DNA from: Eledone cirrhosa | Lineage: Eukaryota | Assembly (NCBI GenBank): GCA_964016885.1 | Contig: OZ024743.1 | Location: 269,390,001-269,454,000, forward strand | DNA: 64,000 nucleotides | Direction of reading: 5' to 3' | Shown here: positions 45,612 through 60,479 of the stretch, piece after piece | How the letters are laid out: each line of letters begins with the position of its first letter | How positions within the stretch are numbered: the stretch's first letter is position 1 | Notes under the pieces: generated by a model | Databases searched by the model: none | Seen by the model: only the letters and a program-made list of their open reading frames with translations | Told to the model about the DNA's origin: nothing | Program-made: the position numbers and the translations under genes

Positions 45612-48600
45612 TATAGACATAGAATATTCGAAAATATTCTGTATGTTTATAATAAACATTTTGAAGACCTAATCGCTATAGAATAGAATACGTCACGTAT
45701 TACAATTAGATTCTCGATAAAAGCAAGGGAAGTAATCTACGCGTTTCATTCTTGTTAGAAATCATCAGGACTACATATCCAGTGCTTTTATCGAGAATGA
45801 CACAGCTAGAGACTTATAGAATACTTAGCTGTGTACAGGAACTGGTTTGAAAGAGCGGTTGCCGGTCCGGCAGAAATTAGAAATTGGAATAAATGCTCTG
45901 AAATAGCGATATATATGTGAATATAGACATAGAATATTCGAAAATATTCTGTATGTTTATAATAAACATTTTGAAGACCTAATCGCTATAGAATAGAATA
46001 CGTCACGTATTACAATTAGATTCTCGATAAAAGCAAGGGAAGTAATCTACGCGTTTCATTCTTGTTAGAAATCATCAGGACTACATATCCAGTGCTTTTA
46101 TCGAGAATGACACAGCTAGAGACTTATAGAATACTTAGCTGTGTACAGGAACTGGTTTGAAAGAGCGGTTGCCGGTCCGGCAGAAATTAGAAATTGGAAT
46201 AAATGCTCTGAAATAGCGATATATATGTGAATATAGACATAGAATATTCGAAAATATTCTGTATGTTTATAATAAACATTTTGAAGACCTAATCGCTATA
46301 GAATAGAATACGTCACGTATTACAATTAGATTCTCGATAAAAGCAAGGGAAGTAATCTACGCGTTTCATTCTTGTTAGAAATCATCAGGACTACATATCC
46401 AGTGCTTTTATCGAGAATGACACAGCTAGAGACTTATAGAATACTTAGCTGTGTACAGGAACTGGTTTGAAAGAGCGGTTGCCGGTCCGGCAGAAATTAG
46501 AAATTGGAATAAATGCTCTGAAACAGCGATATATATGTGAATATAGACATAGAATATTCGAAAATATTCTGTATGTTTATAATAAACATTTTGAAGACCT
46601 AATCGCTATAGAATAGAATACGTCACGTATTACAATTAGATTCTCGATAAAAGCAAGGGAAGTAATCTACGCGTTTCATTCTTGTTAGAAATCATCAGGA
46701 CTACATATCCAGTGCTTTTATCGAGAATGACACAGCTAGAGACTTATAGAATACTTAGCTGTGTACAGGAACTGGTTTGAAAGAGCGGTTGCCGGTCCGG
46801 CAGAAATTAGAAATTGGAATAAATGCTCTGAAATAGCGATATATATGTGAATATAGACATAGAATATTCGAAAATATTCTGTATGTTTATAATAAACATT
46901 TTGAAGACCTAATCGCTATAGAATAGAATACGTCACGTATTACAATTAGATTCTCGATAAAAGCAAGGGAAGTAATCTACGCGTTTCATTCTTGTTAGAA
47001 ATCATCAGGACTACATATCCAGTGCTTTTATCGAGAATGACACAGCTAGAGACTTATAGAATACTTAGCTGTGTACAGGAACTGGTTTGAAAGAGCGGTT
47101 GCCGGTCCGGCAGAAATTAGAAATTGGAATAAATGCTCTGAAATAGCGATATATATGTGAATATAGACATAGAATATTCGAAAATATTCTGTATGTTTAT
47201 AATAAACATTTTGAAGACCTAATCGCTATAGAATAGAATACGTCACGTATTACAATTAGATTCTCGATAAAAGCAAGGGAAGTAATCTACGCGTTTCATT
47301 CTTGTTAGAAATCATCAGGACTACATATCCAGTGCTTTTATCGAGAATGACACAGCTAGAGACTTATAGAATACTTAGCTGTGTACAGGAACTGGTTTGA
47401 AAGAGCGGTTGCCGGTCCGGCAGAAATTAGAAATTGGAATAAATGCTCTGAAATAGCGATATATATGTGAATATAGACATAGAATATTCGAAAATATTCT
47501 GTATGTTTATAATAAACATTTTGAAGACCTAATCGCTATAGAATAGAATACGTCACGTATTACAATTAGATTCTCGATAAAAGCAAGGGAAGTAATCTAC
47601 GCGTTTCATTCTTGTTAGAAATCATCAGGACTACATATCCAGTGCTTTTATCGAGAATGACACAGCTAGAGACTTATAGAATACTTAGCTGTGTACAGGA
47701 ACTGGTTTGAAAGAGCGGTTGCCGGTCCGGCAGAAATTAGAAATTGGAATAAATGCTCTGAAATAGCGATATATATGTGAATATAGACATAGAATATTCG
47801 AAAATATTCTGTATGTTTATAATAAACATTTTGAAGACCTAATCGCTATAGAATAGAATACGTCACGTATTACAATTAGATTCTCGATAAAAGCAAGGGA
47901 AGTAATCTACGCGTTTCATTCTTGTTAGAAATCATCAGGACTACATATCCAGTGCTTTTATCGAGAATGACACAGCTAGAGACTTATAGAATACTTAGCT
48001 GTGTACAGGAACTGGTTTGAAAGAGCGGTTGCCGGTCCGGCAGAAATTAGAAATTGGAATAAATGCTCTGAAATAGCGATATATATGTGAATATAGACAT
48101 AGAATATTCGAAAATATTCTGTATGTTTATAATAAACATTTTGAAGACCTAATCGCTATAGAATAGAATACGTCACGTATTACAATTAGATTCTCGATAA
48201 AAGCAAGGGAAGTAATCTACGCGTTTCATTCTTGTTAGAAATCATCAGGACTACATATCCAGTGCTTTTATCGAGAATGACACAGCTAGAGACTTATAGA
48301 ATACTTAGCTGTGTACAGGAACTGGTTTGAAAGAGCGGTTGCCGGTCCGGCAGAAATTAGAAATTGGAATAAATGCTCTGTACACAGCTAAGTATTCTAT
48401 AAGTCTCTAGCTGTGTCATTCTCGATAAAAGCACTGGATATGTAGTCCTGATGATTTCTAACAAGAATGAAACGCGTAGATTACTTCCCTTGCTTTTATC
48501 GAGAATCTAATTGTAATACGTGACGTATTCTATTCTATAGCGATTAGGTCTTCAAAATGTTTATTATAAACATACAGAATATTTTCGAATATTCTATGTC

Positions 48601-51600
48601 TATATTCACATATATATCGCTATTTCAGAGCATTTATTCCAATTTCTAATTTCTGCCGGACCGGCAACCGCTCTTTCAAACCAGTTCCTGTACACAGCTA
48701 AGTATTCTATAAGTCTCTAGCTGTGTCATTCTCGATAAAAGCACTGGATATGTAGTCCTGATGATTTCTAACAAGAATGAAACGCGTAGATTACTTCCCT
48801 TGCTTTTATCGAGAATCTAATTGTAATACGTGACGTATTCTATTCTATAGCGATTAGGTCTTCAAAATGTTTATTATAAACATACAGAATATTTTCGAAT
48901 ATTCTATGTCTATATTCACATATATATCGCTATTTCAGAGCATTTATTCCAATTTCTAATTTCTGCCGGACCGGCAACCGCTCTTTCAAACCAGTTCCTG
49001 TACACAGCTAAGTATTCTATAAGTCTCTAGCTGTGTCATTCTCGATAAAAGCACTGGATATGTAGTCCTGATGATTTCTAACAAGAATGAAACGCGTAGA
49101 TTACTTCCCTTGCTTTTATCGAGAATCTAATTGTAATACGTGACGTATTCTATTCTATAGCGATTAGGTCTTCAAAATGTTTATTATAAACATACAGAAT
49201 ATTTTCGAATATTCTATGTCTATATTCACATATATATCGCTATTTCAGAGCATTTATTCCAATTTCTAATTTCTGCCGGACCGGCAACCGCTCTTTCAAA
49301 CCAGTTCCTGTACACAGCTAAGTATTCTATAAGTCTCTAGCTGTGTCATTCTCGATAAAAGCACTGGATATGTAGTCCTGATGATTTCTAACAAGAATGA
49401 AACGCGTAGATTACTTCCCTTGCTTTTATCGAGAATCTAATTGTAATACGTGACGTATTCTATACTATAGCGATTAGGTCTTCAAAATGTTTATTATAAA
49501 CATACAGAATATTTTCGAATATTCTATGTCTATATTCACATATATATCGCTATTTCAGAGCATTTATTCCAATTTCTAATTTCTGCCGGACCGGCAACCG
49601 CTCTTTCAAACCAGTTCCTGTACACAGCTAAGTATTCTATAAGTCTCTAGCTGTGTCATTCTCGATAAAAGCACTGGATATGTAGTCCTGATGATTTCTA
49701 ACAAGAATGAAACGCGTAGATTACTTCCCTTGCTTTTATCGAGAATCTAATTGTAATACGTGACGTATTCTATTCTATAGCGATTAGGTCTTCAAAATGT
49801 TTATTATAAACATACAGAATATTTTCGAATATTCTATGTCTATATTCACATATATATCGCTATTTCAGAGCATTTATTCCAATTTCTAATTTCTGCCGGA
49901 CCGGCAACCGCTCTTTCAAACCAGTTCCTGTACACAGCTAAGTATTCTATAAGTCTCTAGCTGTGTCATTCTCGATAAAAGCACTGGATATGTAGTCCTG
50001 ATGATTTCTAACAAGAATGAAACGCGTAGATTACTTCCCTTGCTTTTATCGAGAATCTAATTGTAATACGTGACGTATTCTATTCTATAGCGATTAGGTC
50101 TTCAAAATGTTTATTATAAACATACAGAATATTTTCGAATATTCTATGTCTATATTCACATATATATCGCTATTTCAGAGCATTTATTCCAATTTCTAAT
50201 TTCTGCCGGACCGGCAACCGCTCTTTCAAACCAGTTCCTGTACACAGCTAAGTATTCTATAAGTCTCTAGCTGTGTCATTCTCGATAAAAGCACTGGATA
50301 TGTAGTCCTGATGATTTCTAACAAGAATGAAACGCGTAGATTACTTCCCTTGCTTTTATCGAGAATCTAATTGTAATACGTGACGTATTCTATTCTATAG
50401 CGATTAGGTCTTCAAAATGTTTATTATAAACATACAGAATATTTTCGAATATTCTATGTCTATATTCACATATATATCGCTATTTCAGAGCATTTATTCC
50501 AATTTCTAATTTCTGCCGGACCGGCAACCGCTCTTTCAAACCAGTTCCTGTACACAGCTAAGTATTCTATAAGTCTCTAGCTGTGTCATTCTCGATAAAA
50601 GCACTGGATATGTAGTCCTGATGATTTCTAACAAGAATGAAACGCGTAGATTACTTCCCTTGCTTTTATCGAGAATCTAATTGTAATACGTGACGTATTC
50701 TATTCTATAGCGATTAGGTCTTCAAAATGTTTATTATAAACATACAGAATATTTTCGAATATTCTATGTCTATATTCACATATATATCGCTATTTCAGAG
50801 CATTTATTCCAATTTCTAATTTCTGCCGGACCGGCAACCGCTCTTTCAAACCAGTTCCTGTACACAGCTAAGTATTCTATAAGTCTCTAGCTGTGTCATT
50901 CTCGATAAAAGCACTGGATATGTAGTCCTGATGATTTCTAACAAGAATGAAACGCGTAGATTACTTCCCTTGCTTTTATCGAGAATCTAATTGTAATACG
51001 TGACGTATTCTATACTATAGCGATTAGGTCTTCAAAATGTTTATTATAAACATACAGAATATTTTCGAATATTCTATGTCTATATTCACATATATATCGC
51101 TATTTCAGAGCATTTATTCCAATTTCTAATTTCTGCCGGACCGGCAACCGCTCTTTCAAACCAGTTCCTGTACACAGCTAAGTATTCTATAAGTCTCTAG
51201 CTGTGTCATTCTCGATAAAAGCACTGGATATGTAGTCCTGATGATTTCTAACAAGAATGAAACGCGTAGATTACTTCCCTTGCTTTTATCGAGAATCTAA
51301 TTGTAATACGTGACGTATTCTATTCTATAGCGATTAGGTCTTCAAAATGTTTATTATAAACATACAGAATATTTTCGAATATTCTATGTCTATATTCACA
51401 TATATATCGCTATTTCAGAGCATTTATTCCAATTTCTAATTTCTGCCGGACCGGCAACCGCTCTTTCAAACCAGTTCCTGTACACAGCTAAGTATTCTAT
51501 AAGTCTCTAGCTGTGTCATTCTCGATAAAAGCACTGGATATGTAGTCCTGATGATTTCTAACAAGAATGAAACGCGTAGATTACTTCCCTTGCTTTTATC

Positions 51601-54600
51601 GAGAATCTAATTGTAATACGTGACGTATTCTATTCTATAGCGATTAGGTCTTCAAAATGTTTATTATAAACATACAGAATATTTTCGAATATTCTATGTC
51701 TATATTCACATATATATCGCTATTTCAGAGCATTTATTCCAATTTCTAATTTCTGCCGGACCGGCAACCGCTCTTTCAAACCAGTTCCTGTACACAGCTA
51801 AGTATTCTATAAGTCTCTAGCTGTGTCATTCTCGATAAAAGCACTGGATATGTAGTCCTGATGATTTCTAACAAGAATGAAACGCGTAGATTACTTCCCT
51901 TGCTTTTATCGAGAATCTAATTGTAATACGTGACGTATTCTATTCTATAGCGATTAGGTCTTCAAAATGTTTATTATAAACATACAGAATATTTTCGAAT
52001 ATTCTATGTCTATATTCACATATATATCGCTATTTCAGAGCATTTATTCCAATTTCTAATTTCTGCCGGACCGGCAACCGCTCTTTCAAACCAGTTCCTG
52101 TACACAGCTAAGTATTCTATAAGTCTCTAGCTGTGTCATTCTCGATAAAAGCACTGGATATGTAGTCCTGATGATTTCTAACAAGAATGAAACGCGTAGA
52201 TTACTTCCCTTGCTTTTATCGAGAATCTAATTGTAATACGTGACGTATTCTATTCTATAGCGATTAGGTCTTCAAAATGTTTATTATAAACATACAGAAT
52301 ATTTTCGAATATTCTATGTCTATATTCACATATATATCGCTATTTCAGAGCATTTATTCCAATTTCTAATTTCTGCCGGACCGGCAACCGCTCTTTCAAA
52401 CCAGTTCCTGTACACAGCTAAGTATTCTATAAGTCTCTAGCTGTGTCATTCTCGATAAAAGCACTGGATATGTAGTCCTGATGATTTCTAACAAGAATGA
52501 AACGCGTAGATTACTTCCCTTGCTTTTATCGAGAATCTAATTGTAATACGTGACGTATTCTATTCTATAGCGATTAGGTCTTCAAAATGTTTATTATAAA
52601 CATACAGAATATTTTCGAATATTCTATGTCTATATTCACATATATATCGCTATTTCAGAGCATTTATTCCAATTTCTAATTTCTGCCGGACCGGCAACCG
52701 CTCTTTCAAACCAGTTCCTGTACACAGCTAAGTATTCTATAAGTCTCTAGCTGTGTCATTCTCGATAAAAGCACTGGATATGTAGTCCTGATGATTTCTA
52801 ACAAGAATGAAACGCGTAGATTACTTCCCTTGCTTTTATCGAGAATCTAATTGTAATACGTGACGTATTCTATTCTATAGCGATTAGGTCTTCAAAATGT
52901 TTATTATAAACATACAGAATATTTTCGAATATTCTATGTCTATATTCACATATATATCGCTATTTCAGAGCATTTATTCCAATTTCTAATTTCTGCCGGA
53001 CCGGCAACCGCTCTTTCAAACCAGTTCCTGTACACAGCTAAGTATTCTATAAGTCTCTAGCTGTGTCATTCTCGATAAAAGCACTGGATATGTAGTCCTG
53101 ATGATTTCTAACAAGAATGAAACGCGTAGATTACTTCCCTTGCTTTTATCGAGAATCTAATTGTAATACGTGACGTATTCTATTCTATAGCGATTAGGTC
53201 TTCAAAATGTTTATTATAAACATACAGAATATTTTCGAATATTCTATGTCTATATTCACATATATATCGCTATTTCAGAGCATTTATTCCAATTTCTAAT
53301 TTCTGCCGGACCGGCAACCGCTCTTTCAAACCAGTTCCTGTACACAGCTAAGTATTCTATAAGTCTCTAGCTGTGTCATTCTCGATAAAAGCACTGGATA
53401 TGTAGTCCTGATGATTTCTAACAAGAATGAAACGCGTAGATTACTTCCCTTGCTTTTATCGAGAATCTAATTGTAATACGTGACGTATTCTATTCTATAG
53501 CGATTAGGTCTTCAAAATGTTTATTATAAACATACAGAATATTTTCGAATATTCTATGTCTATATTCACATATATATCGCTATTTCAGAGCATTTATTCC
53601 AATTTCTAATTTCTGCCGGACCGGCAACCGCTCTTTCAAACCAGTTCCTGTACACAGCTAAGTATTCTATAAGTCTCTAGCTGTGTCATTCTCGATAAAA
53701 GCACTGGATATGTAGTCCTGATGATTTCTAACAAGAATGAAACGCGTAGATTACTTCCCTTGCTTTTATCGAGAATCTAATTGTAATACGTGACGTATTC
53801 TATTCTATAGCGATTAGGTCTTCAAAATGTTTATTATAAACATACAGAATATTTTCGAATATTCTATGTCTATATTCACATATATATCGCTATTTCAGAG
53901 CATTTATTCCAATTTCTAATTTCTGCCGGACCGGCAACCGCTCTTTCAAACCAGTTCCTGTACACAGCTAAGTATTCTATAAGTCTCTAGCTGTGTCATT
54001 CTCGATAAAAGCACTGGATATGTAGTCCTGATGATTTCTAACAAGAATGAAACGCGTAGATTACTTCCCTTGCTTTTATCGAGAATCTAATTGTAATACG
54101 TGACGTATTCTATTCTATAGCGATTAGGTCTTCAAACTGTTTATTATAAACATACAGAATATTTTCGAATATTCTATGTCTATATTCACATATATATCGC
54201 TATTTCAGAGCATTTATTCCAATTTCTAATTTCTGCCGGACCGGCAACCGCTCTTTCAAACCAGTTCCTGTACACAGCTAAGTATTCTATAAGTCTCTAG
54301 CTGTGTCATTCTCGATAAAAGCACTGGATATGTAGTCCTGATGATTTCTAACAAGAATGAAACGCGTAGATTACTTCCCTTGCTTTTATCGAGAATCTAA
54401 TTGTAATACGTGACGTATTCTATTCTATAGCGATTAGGTCTTCAAAATGTTTATTATAAACATACAGAATATTTTCGAATATTCTATGTCTATATTCACA
54501 TATATATCGCTATTTCAGAGCATTTATTCCAATTTCTAATTTCTGCCGGACCGGCAACCGCTCTTTCAAACCAGTTCCTGTACACAGCTAAGTATTCTAT

Positions 54601-56387
54601 AAGTCTCTAGCTGTGTCATTCTCGATAAAAGCACTGGATATGTAGTCCTGATGATTTCTAACAAGAATGAAACGCGTAGATTACTTCCCTTGCTTTTATC
54701 GAGAATCTAATTGTAATACGTGACGTATTCTATTCTATAGCGATTAGGTCTTCAAAATGTTTATTATAAACATACAGAATATTTTCGAATATTCTATGTC
54801 TATATTCACATATATATCGCTATTTCAGAGCATTTATTCCAATTTCTAATTTCTGCCGGACCGGCAACCGCTCTTTCAAACCAGTTCCTGTACACAGCTA
54901 AGTATTCTATAAGTCTCTAGCTGTGTCATTCTCGATAAAAGCACTGGATATGTAGTCCTGATGATTTCTAACAAGAATGAAACGCGTAGATTACTTCCCT
55001 TGCTTTTATCGAGAATCTAATTGTAATACGTGACGTATTCTATTCTATAGCGATTAGGTCTTCAAACTGTTTATTATAAACATACAGAATATTTTCGAAT
55101 ATTCTATGTCTATATTCACATATATATCGCTATTTCAGAGCATTTATTCCAATTTCTAATTTCTGCCGGACCGGCAACCGCTCTTTCAAACCAGTTCCTG
55201 TACACAGCTAAGTATTCTATAAGTCTCTAGCTGTGTCATTCTCGATAAAAGCACTGGATATGTAGTCCTGATGATTTCTAACAAGAATGAAACGCGTAGA
55301 TTACTTCCCTTGCTTTTATCGAGAATCTAATTGTAATACGTGACGTATTCTATTCTATAGCGATTAGGTCTTCAAAATGTTTATTATAAACATACAGAAT
55401 ATTTTCGAATATTCTATGTCTATATTCACATATATATCGCTATTTCAGAGCATTTATTCCAATTTCTAATTTCTGCCGGACCGGCAACCGCTCTTTCAAA
55501 CCAGTTCCTGTACACAGCTAAGTATTCTATAAGTCTCTAGCTGTGTCATTCTCGATAAAAGCACTGGATATGTAGTCCTGATGATTTCTAACAAGAATGA
55601 AACGCGTAGATTACTTCCCTTGCTTTTATCGAGAATCTAATTGTAATACGTGACGTATTCTATTCTATAGCGATTAGGTCTTCAAAATGTTTATTATAAA
55701 CATACAGAATATTTTCGAATATTCTATGTCTATATTCACATATATATCGCTATTTCAGAGCATTTATTCCAATTTCTAATTTCTGCCGGACCGGCAACCG
55801 CTCTTTCAAACCAGTTCCTGTACACAGCTAAGTATTCTATAAGTCTCTAGCTGTGTCATTCTCGATAAAAGCACTGGATATGTAGTCCTGATGATTTCTA
55901 ACAAGAATGAAACGCGTAGATTACTTCCCTTGCTTTTATCGAGAATCTAATTGTAATACGTGACGTATTCTATTCTATAGCGATTAGGTCTTCAAAATGT
56001 TTATTATAAACATACAGAATATTTTCGAATATTCTATGTCTATATTCACATATATATCGCTATTTCAGAGCATTTATTCCAATTTCTAATTTCTGCCGGA
56101 CCGGCAACCGCTCTTTCAAACCAGTTCCTGTACACAGCTAAGTATTCTATAAGTCTCTAGCTGTGTCATTCTCGATAAAAGCACTGGATATGTAGTCCTG
56201 ATGATTTCTAACAAGAATGAAACGCGTAGATTACTTCCCTTGCTTTTATCGAGAATCTAATTGTAATACGTGACGTATTCTATTCTATAGCGATTAGGTC
56301 TTCAAAATGTTTGTTATAAACATACAGAATATTTTCGAATATTCTATGTCTATATTCACATATATATCGCTATTTCAGAGCATTTAT

Positions 56388-56392
<5 letters not shown>
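45608..56392. repeat. 10.8-kb array of a 310-bp hammerhead-containing unit (retrozyme-like): ~9 units minus + ~26 units plus
   Basis: Exact 310-bp period. HHR at 45732-45774 + 310k (9 copies, minus) and 48442-48484 + 310k (26 copies, plus). Inversion at 48378-48380. (TA)n on both sides. Confidence 0.97.
48442..48484 (+). ncRNA. Representative type I hammerhead of the 310-bp unit
   Basis: GUAGUC-CUGAUGA-U UUCU AACA AGAA U-GAAAC GC GU-A-GAUUAC. Stem I is extended by a flanking 16-bp helix AUUCUCGAUAAAAGCA/UGCUUUUAUCGAGAAU. Confidence 0.88.
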
Positions 56393-56440
<48 letters not shown>

Positions 56441-56605
56441 GATATATACATACAAACATACACATATATACGTGCATATAGACACATACATAAAAGTATA
56501 CAAATACTCGTACACAACTTTGAACACACAAAAACAATGTTTCTTCCCGCCCCAATCTACTCGAAAAATGTTTAACTAACGTCCAGAAATTGACGCAGTA
56601 TCACA

Positions 56606-56642
<37 letters not shown>

Positions 56643-56682
56643 GCCGGCCGCCACATACGCCACCACCACCACCACCACCACC

Positions 56683-56718
<36 letters not shown>

Positions 56719-56719
56719 G

Positions 56720-57055
56720 TTTTTTAAGAACCCCATTCGGTCACGAATGACCATGGGATTTACACCTAGAAAGTCCCCCCCCCCCGAGGCACATGTCCTG
56801 GTAAGGTTGTTTGTGGAAGACCAGCAGTCGCCCATGCATACCAGTCTACCCTCACAAGGCCACCGATGATGTCCAAGGAAAAGGCTATGGCCGATGCAGC
56901 TTGGCACCAGTGACGTCGCAACTCTTTCCTACAAGAGTAAACTGGAGCAACATGAAAAATAAAGTGTCTTGCTGAAGGACTCAACGCATCACCGTGTCCG
57001 GGAATCGAATTCACAACCTCACGATTGTAAGCTCAACCAATAAACCATGCGTCTT
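56720..57055 (-). mobile_element. CORE-type tRNA-derived SINE between (TAC)n tracts
   Basis: B box gaattcgattcc and CORE-like tgagtccttcagcaagacactttattt. Same family as 26285-26425. Confidence 0.8.
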
Positions 57056-57058
57056 CAG

Positions 57059-57108
<50 letters not shown>

Positions 57109-57109
57109 T

Positions 57110-57215
<106 letters not shown>

Positions 57216-57776
57216 TCTACTACTACTACTACCACCACCATCACTACTACTACTACTACTACTACCACAGTTCTGTTGACGAATCTTCCGGCTTAATGAA
57301 CAACAGAACAACCCGGTTATACAATTAACGCGCAAGTGGGGGAACATGCCAAAAGCACGTGTAACCGTTCACGAAATTCTTAGGGAGATTCAGCGTGAGA
57401 CCGTGTGTGATAAAGATGGCTATTGAATCAAAGACCCAACTCGTTGCAGCTCAATAGAACTCACAACTTTACGATGGTGAGCGCAACACCTCAACCTCTA
57501 AGCCACACACCTCCACACTACAATGCTGCACACACACACACGAGCGCGTTACACTCTTGCTCTAGAACACAACCCACCACCCGGTCGGGGCATCCAGTCC
57601 AACACCCCAACCTCTAAGCCACACACCTCCACACTACAATGCTGCACACACACACACGAACGCGAGCACACATATACGTCGAATTACACTCTTGCTCTGG
57701 ACCACAACCCACCACCCGGTCGGGGGCTCGAGTCCAACAGCCTAACCACTAAGCCACGTGCCTCCATACCACTATG

Positions 57777-57814
<38 letters not shown>

Positions 57815-57929
57815 ACAAACACACAAACACACACAGATATACACACACACACAAACACAAACACACACACACACAAACAGAAACATAGACACACACATAC
57901 ACACATGTCAATTTACACAACTGATTAAT

Positions 57930-58105
57930 ATAATTGTTTCTACCAGCAATAACCCAGTGTATTACTGGTACTTTATGTTATCGACCCCCCGTAAGGATGA
58001 AAGGCAAAGTTACCTACGGCGGGATTTGAACTCAGACCGTAAAGGGACGTAACTACGCTGGAAAGCATGTCCGACCCTCTACCGATACTGCCAGTTCACC
58101 GCCCT
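57930..58105 (-). mobile_element. tRNA-derived SINE copy
   Basis: Reverse complement of the 8906-9100 family. Confidence 0.8.
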
Positions 58106-59047
58106 GATTAATGTAATGGTGCTTCATTCCGGGGTTGACCTCTTACGATCTTAAGCCTAACACTCTAACCAGTAAGCTACGTTCATCTACACCACTATGC
58201 TACACATACACACACATATACACAGACGTTCACACATACATACATACACACGTACATACGCAAAGACGTACACATATATAGAGACGTTCACGCAAACACA
58301 TACGCTTACACACGAACTCATAGACATTCAAAGACACAGACACAGACACACACATGTGCATAGACACGCACACACATATATACACAGACATTCACATAGA
58401 CACAGATATACACACATACGCACTCCCACACATACACACAAAGACACAAACACACACATATTCACAGACATTAATACAAACACAGACATACACACATGCG
58501 TACTCACACATGCACACACAGACACAAACGTACAAACACACATACATATTCACATACATATTCACAGACATACGCACTCACACACATATACACAAAGACA
58601 CAAAGACACACAAATTCACAGGCATTCATTCAGACACATACATACATACACACACACATACGCACTCACACATTTACACACGTACGCACTTACACACATA
58701 CACACAAACACACACACACATATTCACAAACATTCATACAGATGTACATACATATGCACTTACACATATACACACAAACACAAACACTCATACATATTGA
58801 CATCATTCATACAGACACAACCACACAACCACACACACAACTACACACACATACACACATACACACACACACTAACGTTTAATATACTATTAAAGCAAGT
58901 CAATGTATTTTCTCCCGTTGTTCCCTGGCTCCTAGTTTACTTCATAATTGCACTCATTTTCAGCAGCCATTTTACTCGCAAGAAGACTGGTAAAGGGTCA
59001 TAGTTTTCATTTGTTTGTTTCATGCCTTTTCTCTTTAATTCATTCAT

Positions 59048-59102
<55 letters not shown>

Positions 59103-59167
59103 GTCTTAACCCTTCTAGACATTTTCCTGGTCAACGTGTGAATGTCTCTATGTAAATCTGCCTATAT

Positions 59168-59315
59168 GATGAGTGCCTCTGTTTGAGTGCCTCTGTGTAA
59201 GTGCGTCTGTGTAAGTGCGTCTGTGTGAGTGCATTTGTGTGAGTGCCTCTGTGTGAGTGCCTCTGTGTGAGTGCGTTTGTGTGAGTGCCTCTGTGTGAGT
59301 GCCTCTGTGTGAGTG
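59168..59315. repeat. 14-bp minisatellite (gagtgcctctgtgt)
   Basis: About 10 degenerate tandem copies. Confidence 0.85.
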
Positions 59316-59385
59316 CGAGCAAGTGTAATTATATACGTGTGCATATAATTACATAAGTATATATAATTATTCAGAATCGTTTATG

Positions 59386-59443
<58 letters not shown>

Positions 59444-59513
59444 CAAATAGATAGATACACACACACATATATATATACATACATACAGACACACACACAA
59501 ACATACACATACA

Positions 59514-59582
<69 letters not shown>

Positions 59583-60003
59583 GAATATATATATAAATAT
59601 ATATATGTGTGTGTGTGTGTGCGTACATATAGGAATATATATACAAACATGTACATATTCAAAATAGGGAGCGCACAGGAAAAGGACATTGGAAAAACAA
59701 CGGAAAGGTGGACAGTCCTATCTATTCAGTCAACCTCTGGAAATCAGTACGGTTTCGGATCATTAAGTTCGATAATGCTCATTCCAGTACTCATTGGGAC
59801 ATAACAAAACAAGTACACACACACACACATACATATATACATTCCTGTATGTAGAGGATTGTTCATGTTAGCTATGTTTCATGTCCCCTTTCTCTCTTTC
59901 TATTCTTCCTTTCCCACTTCCTCCTCCTCTTTTCTCCTACCTAACTTTCTCCGCCTAATAATTTAATTATATATATATATATATTGTTTGTTTCTTATTG
60001 TCT

Positions 60004-60112
<109 letters not shown>

Positions 60113-60479
60113 TGTGTTGGCTCTCCATGGTTTCTTACTAAGAGTGTTCCTGTTGCTCGATCAACAAAACAGTTGAGTACTTAACTGACACGTGTACCAT
60201 TAATGCAGTTCTCAGAGAGATTCAGTGTGACACATCAAACATTTTCCCCAAATTTTCACCAAAATTTCCTCAAAAATATTTTAATAGATATTAAAATATT
60301 CATAGAATTACGATATCGTTACAGTTTAAAATGAATGTATTTGATATTCTTGAGTTAATATATTTAAATAGTATGATGTATTAAAAGTAGCAGACAAAGG
60401 TATCTTAAACAACATTTTTTCTGTATATAGTATATATGTAGGTATATGTATATATGAATGTATATACATATCCTTCATC

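Noticed and set aside
45608-56392. CRISPR array, rDNA/5S array or centromeric satellite
   Set aside because: No unique spacers, no cas genes and no rRNA similarity. The hammerhead and a second small dispersed array favour a retrozyme-like origin.
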